Shown here piece after piece: positions 62,596 through 64,000 of a stretch of 64,000 nucleotides of DNA. Below the pieces are notes generated by a model. That model had not been told where the DNA came from. It was given only the letters and a program-made list of their open reading frames with translations, and did no database searches. Origin of the DNA: Carcharhinus amblyrhynchos (Eukaryota); contig OZ336878.1 in the NCBI GenBank assembly GCA_965287045.1, positions 83,514,001 through 83,578,000 on the forward strand. Direction: 5' to 3'. Made by a program: the position numbers and the translations under genes. The first letter of the stretch is position 1. Each line of letters opens with the position of its first letter.

Positions 62596-63269
62596 CTGCT
62601 GAAATGTTTCCCGGTGCAATGGCCAGTTCTCATTGCCGCATTTGTTATTGCAAATTGACAATAATAGAGAGGCCAAAACGCTTTTTCTGCTGGCTTACCA
62701 CGTATCTCCTTCGCTGGGTCATAAGCTCACAGGTTCATTAACTCCTGATATTTGTGTGCATAATCTCAGCTGGCAGTCCAATTGCAGCAACAGGGGAGTG
62801 CAGCACTGTCAGAAGTTGTCACCTTTTGGACAAGCTTAAAGTGAGGCTCTCAGGCGGATATCCTGTTTCGAAGAGAACTGCAGGAGTTACCCTGTTGTCC
62901 AAGCCCATTTATCTCACTCCACAATGACTTATGCGACAACACACCAGTCTTAGTCATTCTTCCAGTGGGGTTTGTGGGATCTGCTGTGCTGTAATCTGCC
63001 TTTCCTACATTACAATAGGCAACTACACTTCAAAGAATTTCACTGTGTGACATTTTGGGACATGCTGAGATACCGAAAGGTGAACGCCAGGTCCCCCTCT
63101 CCTCGGGGTGTTGGGTTCTGTTTAGCTGACTCTCCGGAAGATCAGGATACCTCTCAAAATCACGGATTGACTTCCTGGACACTTTACAAAAACCTGGGGA
63201 AAAATATATCACAGAAGCTTCAGAAGTGATGGATTTTTAAAGAATTTTTTTTTTTCGCATTCCTGTATG

Positions 63270-64000
63270 TCAGGTAAAAAAATATCAGCGTATGTCTTAC
63301 AGAGCCTTAGTTAGTCCTCATTTAGAACATTGTGTACAATTCTGGTTGTTACATTACCAGACGGAAGTGGATGCTTTGGAGAGAGTATAGAAGAGGTTTT
63401 CCAGGATGTTGCCTGGTCTGAAGGGTATTAGCAAGAGGACAGGTTGGATAAGCTCGGTTTGTTCTCACTGGAACGACGGAGGTTGAGGGGGTGACCTGAT
63501 GGAGGTCTATAAGATTTTGAGTGGCACAGACAGAGTGGATAGTTAGATGCTCTTTCCTAGATAGAAACGTCAAGTACTAGGGGACATAGGCTTAAGGTGC
63601 GAGGGGAAAAGTTTAGAGGAGATGTGTGAGGCAAATATTTTTACACAGAGGGTGGTGAATGTCTGCATCGATATCCATTACAAGGGAGGAAGTGTTAGGT
63701 TTTTTAGGGAACATTAAAACTGACAAATCCCCAGGGCCTGATGACATTTATCCTAGACTGCTCAGGGAGACAAGGGATGAAATTGCTGGGCCTCTGATGG
63801 AAATCTTCGTCTTTTCTTTGGACACAGGTGAGGTCCTAGAGGATTGGAGGATAGCGAACGTGGTACCATTGTTTAAAAAGGGTAGCAGGGATAACCCGGG
63901 TAATTATAGGCCGGTGAGCTTGACATCCGTGGAGAGGATTCTTAGAGATAGCATGTATATGCATTTAGAATGGAACAATCTCATTAGTGACAGACAATAT
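63270..64000 (+). mobile_element. Two CR1 LINE fragments: 3' RT end (~63270-63665), then an upstream ORF2 segment running off the window
   Basis: ALVSPHLEHCVQFW...RRLRGDL...FFTQRVVNV; then DKSPGPD.IYPRLL...PEDWRIANVVPLFKKG...NYRPVSLTS. Confidence 0.88.

Noticed and set aside
62815-62840. PFGQA as the next RGSL1-like exon (expected VFGQTP-like)
   Set aside because: It lies in a Deu-type SINE, lacks a good acceptor and is followed immediately by a stop; the next exon is probably beyond the window

Overview
Eukaryotic, repeat-rich genomic DNA, most likely from a shark or other elasmobranch (inferred from HE1/HER1-type SINE/CR1 repeats, Deu-type SINEs and vertebrate genes). The + strand carries the last 11 coding exons of CEP350 (7336..44991). 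All splice sites are GT-AG and the reading phases join into one open frame of 1394 codons including the stop. One 2.4-kb exon contains the CAP-Gly domain. A ~3.2-kb repeat-free 3' UTR follows, with AATAAA at 48154. About 3.7 kb further on are the first two coding exons of an RGSL1/RGS22-like gene (51850..51862 and 55805..55878). Introns and intergenic DNA hold many CR1 LINEs (one with an unbroken 584-aa RT ORF), Rex1/Babar, RTE and L2 fragments, several SINE types, a decayed hAT/Buster transposon, a decayed Gypsy LTR element and several minisatellites. The most notable structural signal is a set of Penelope-like elements inserted as long inverted repeats with target-site duplications. Each arm carries a minimal hammerhead-ribozyme motif whose stem II co-varies between copies. 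Hammerheads in Penelope-like elements are known in general, so I cannot claim a wholly new system. All family assignments are from motif recognition, not database searches, and repeat boundaries are approximate.
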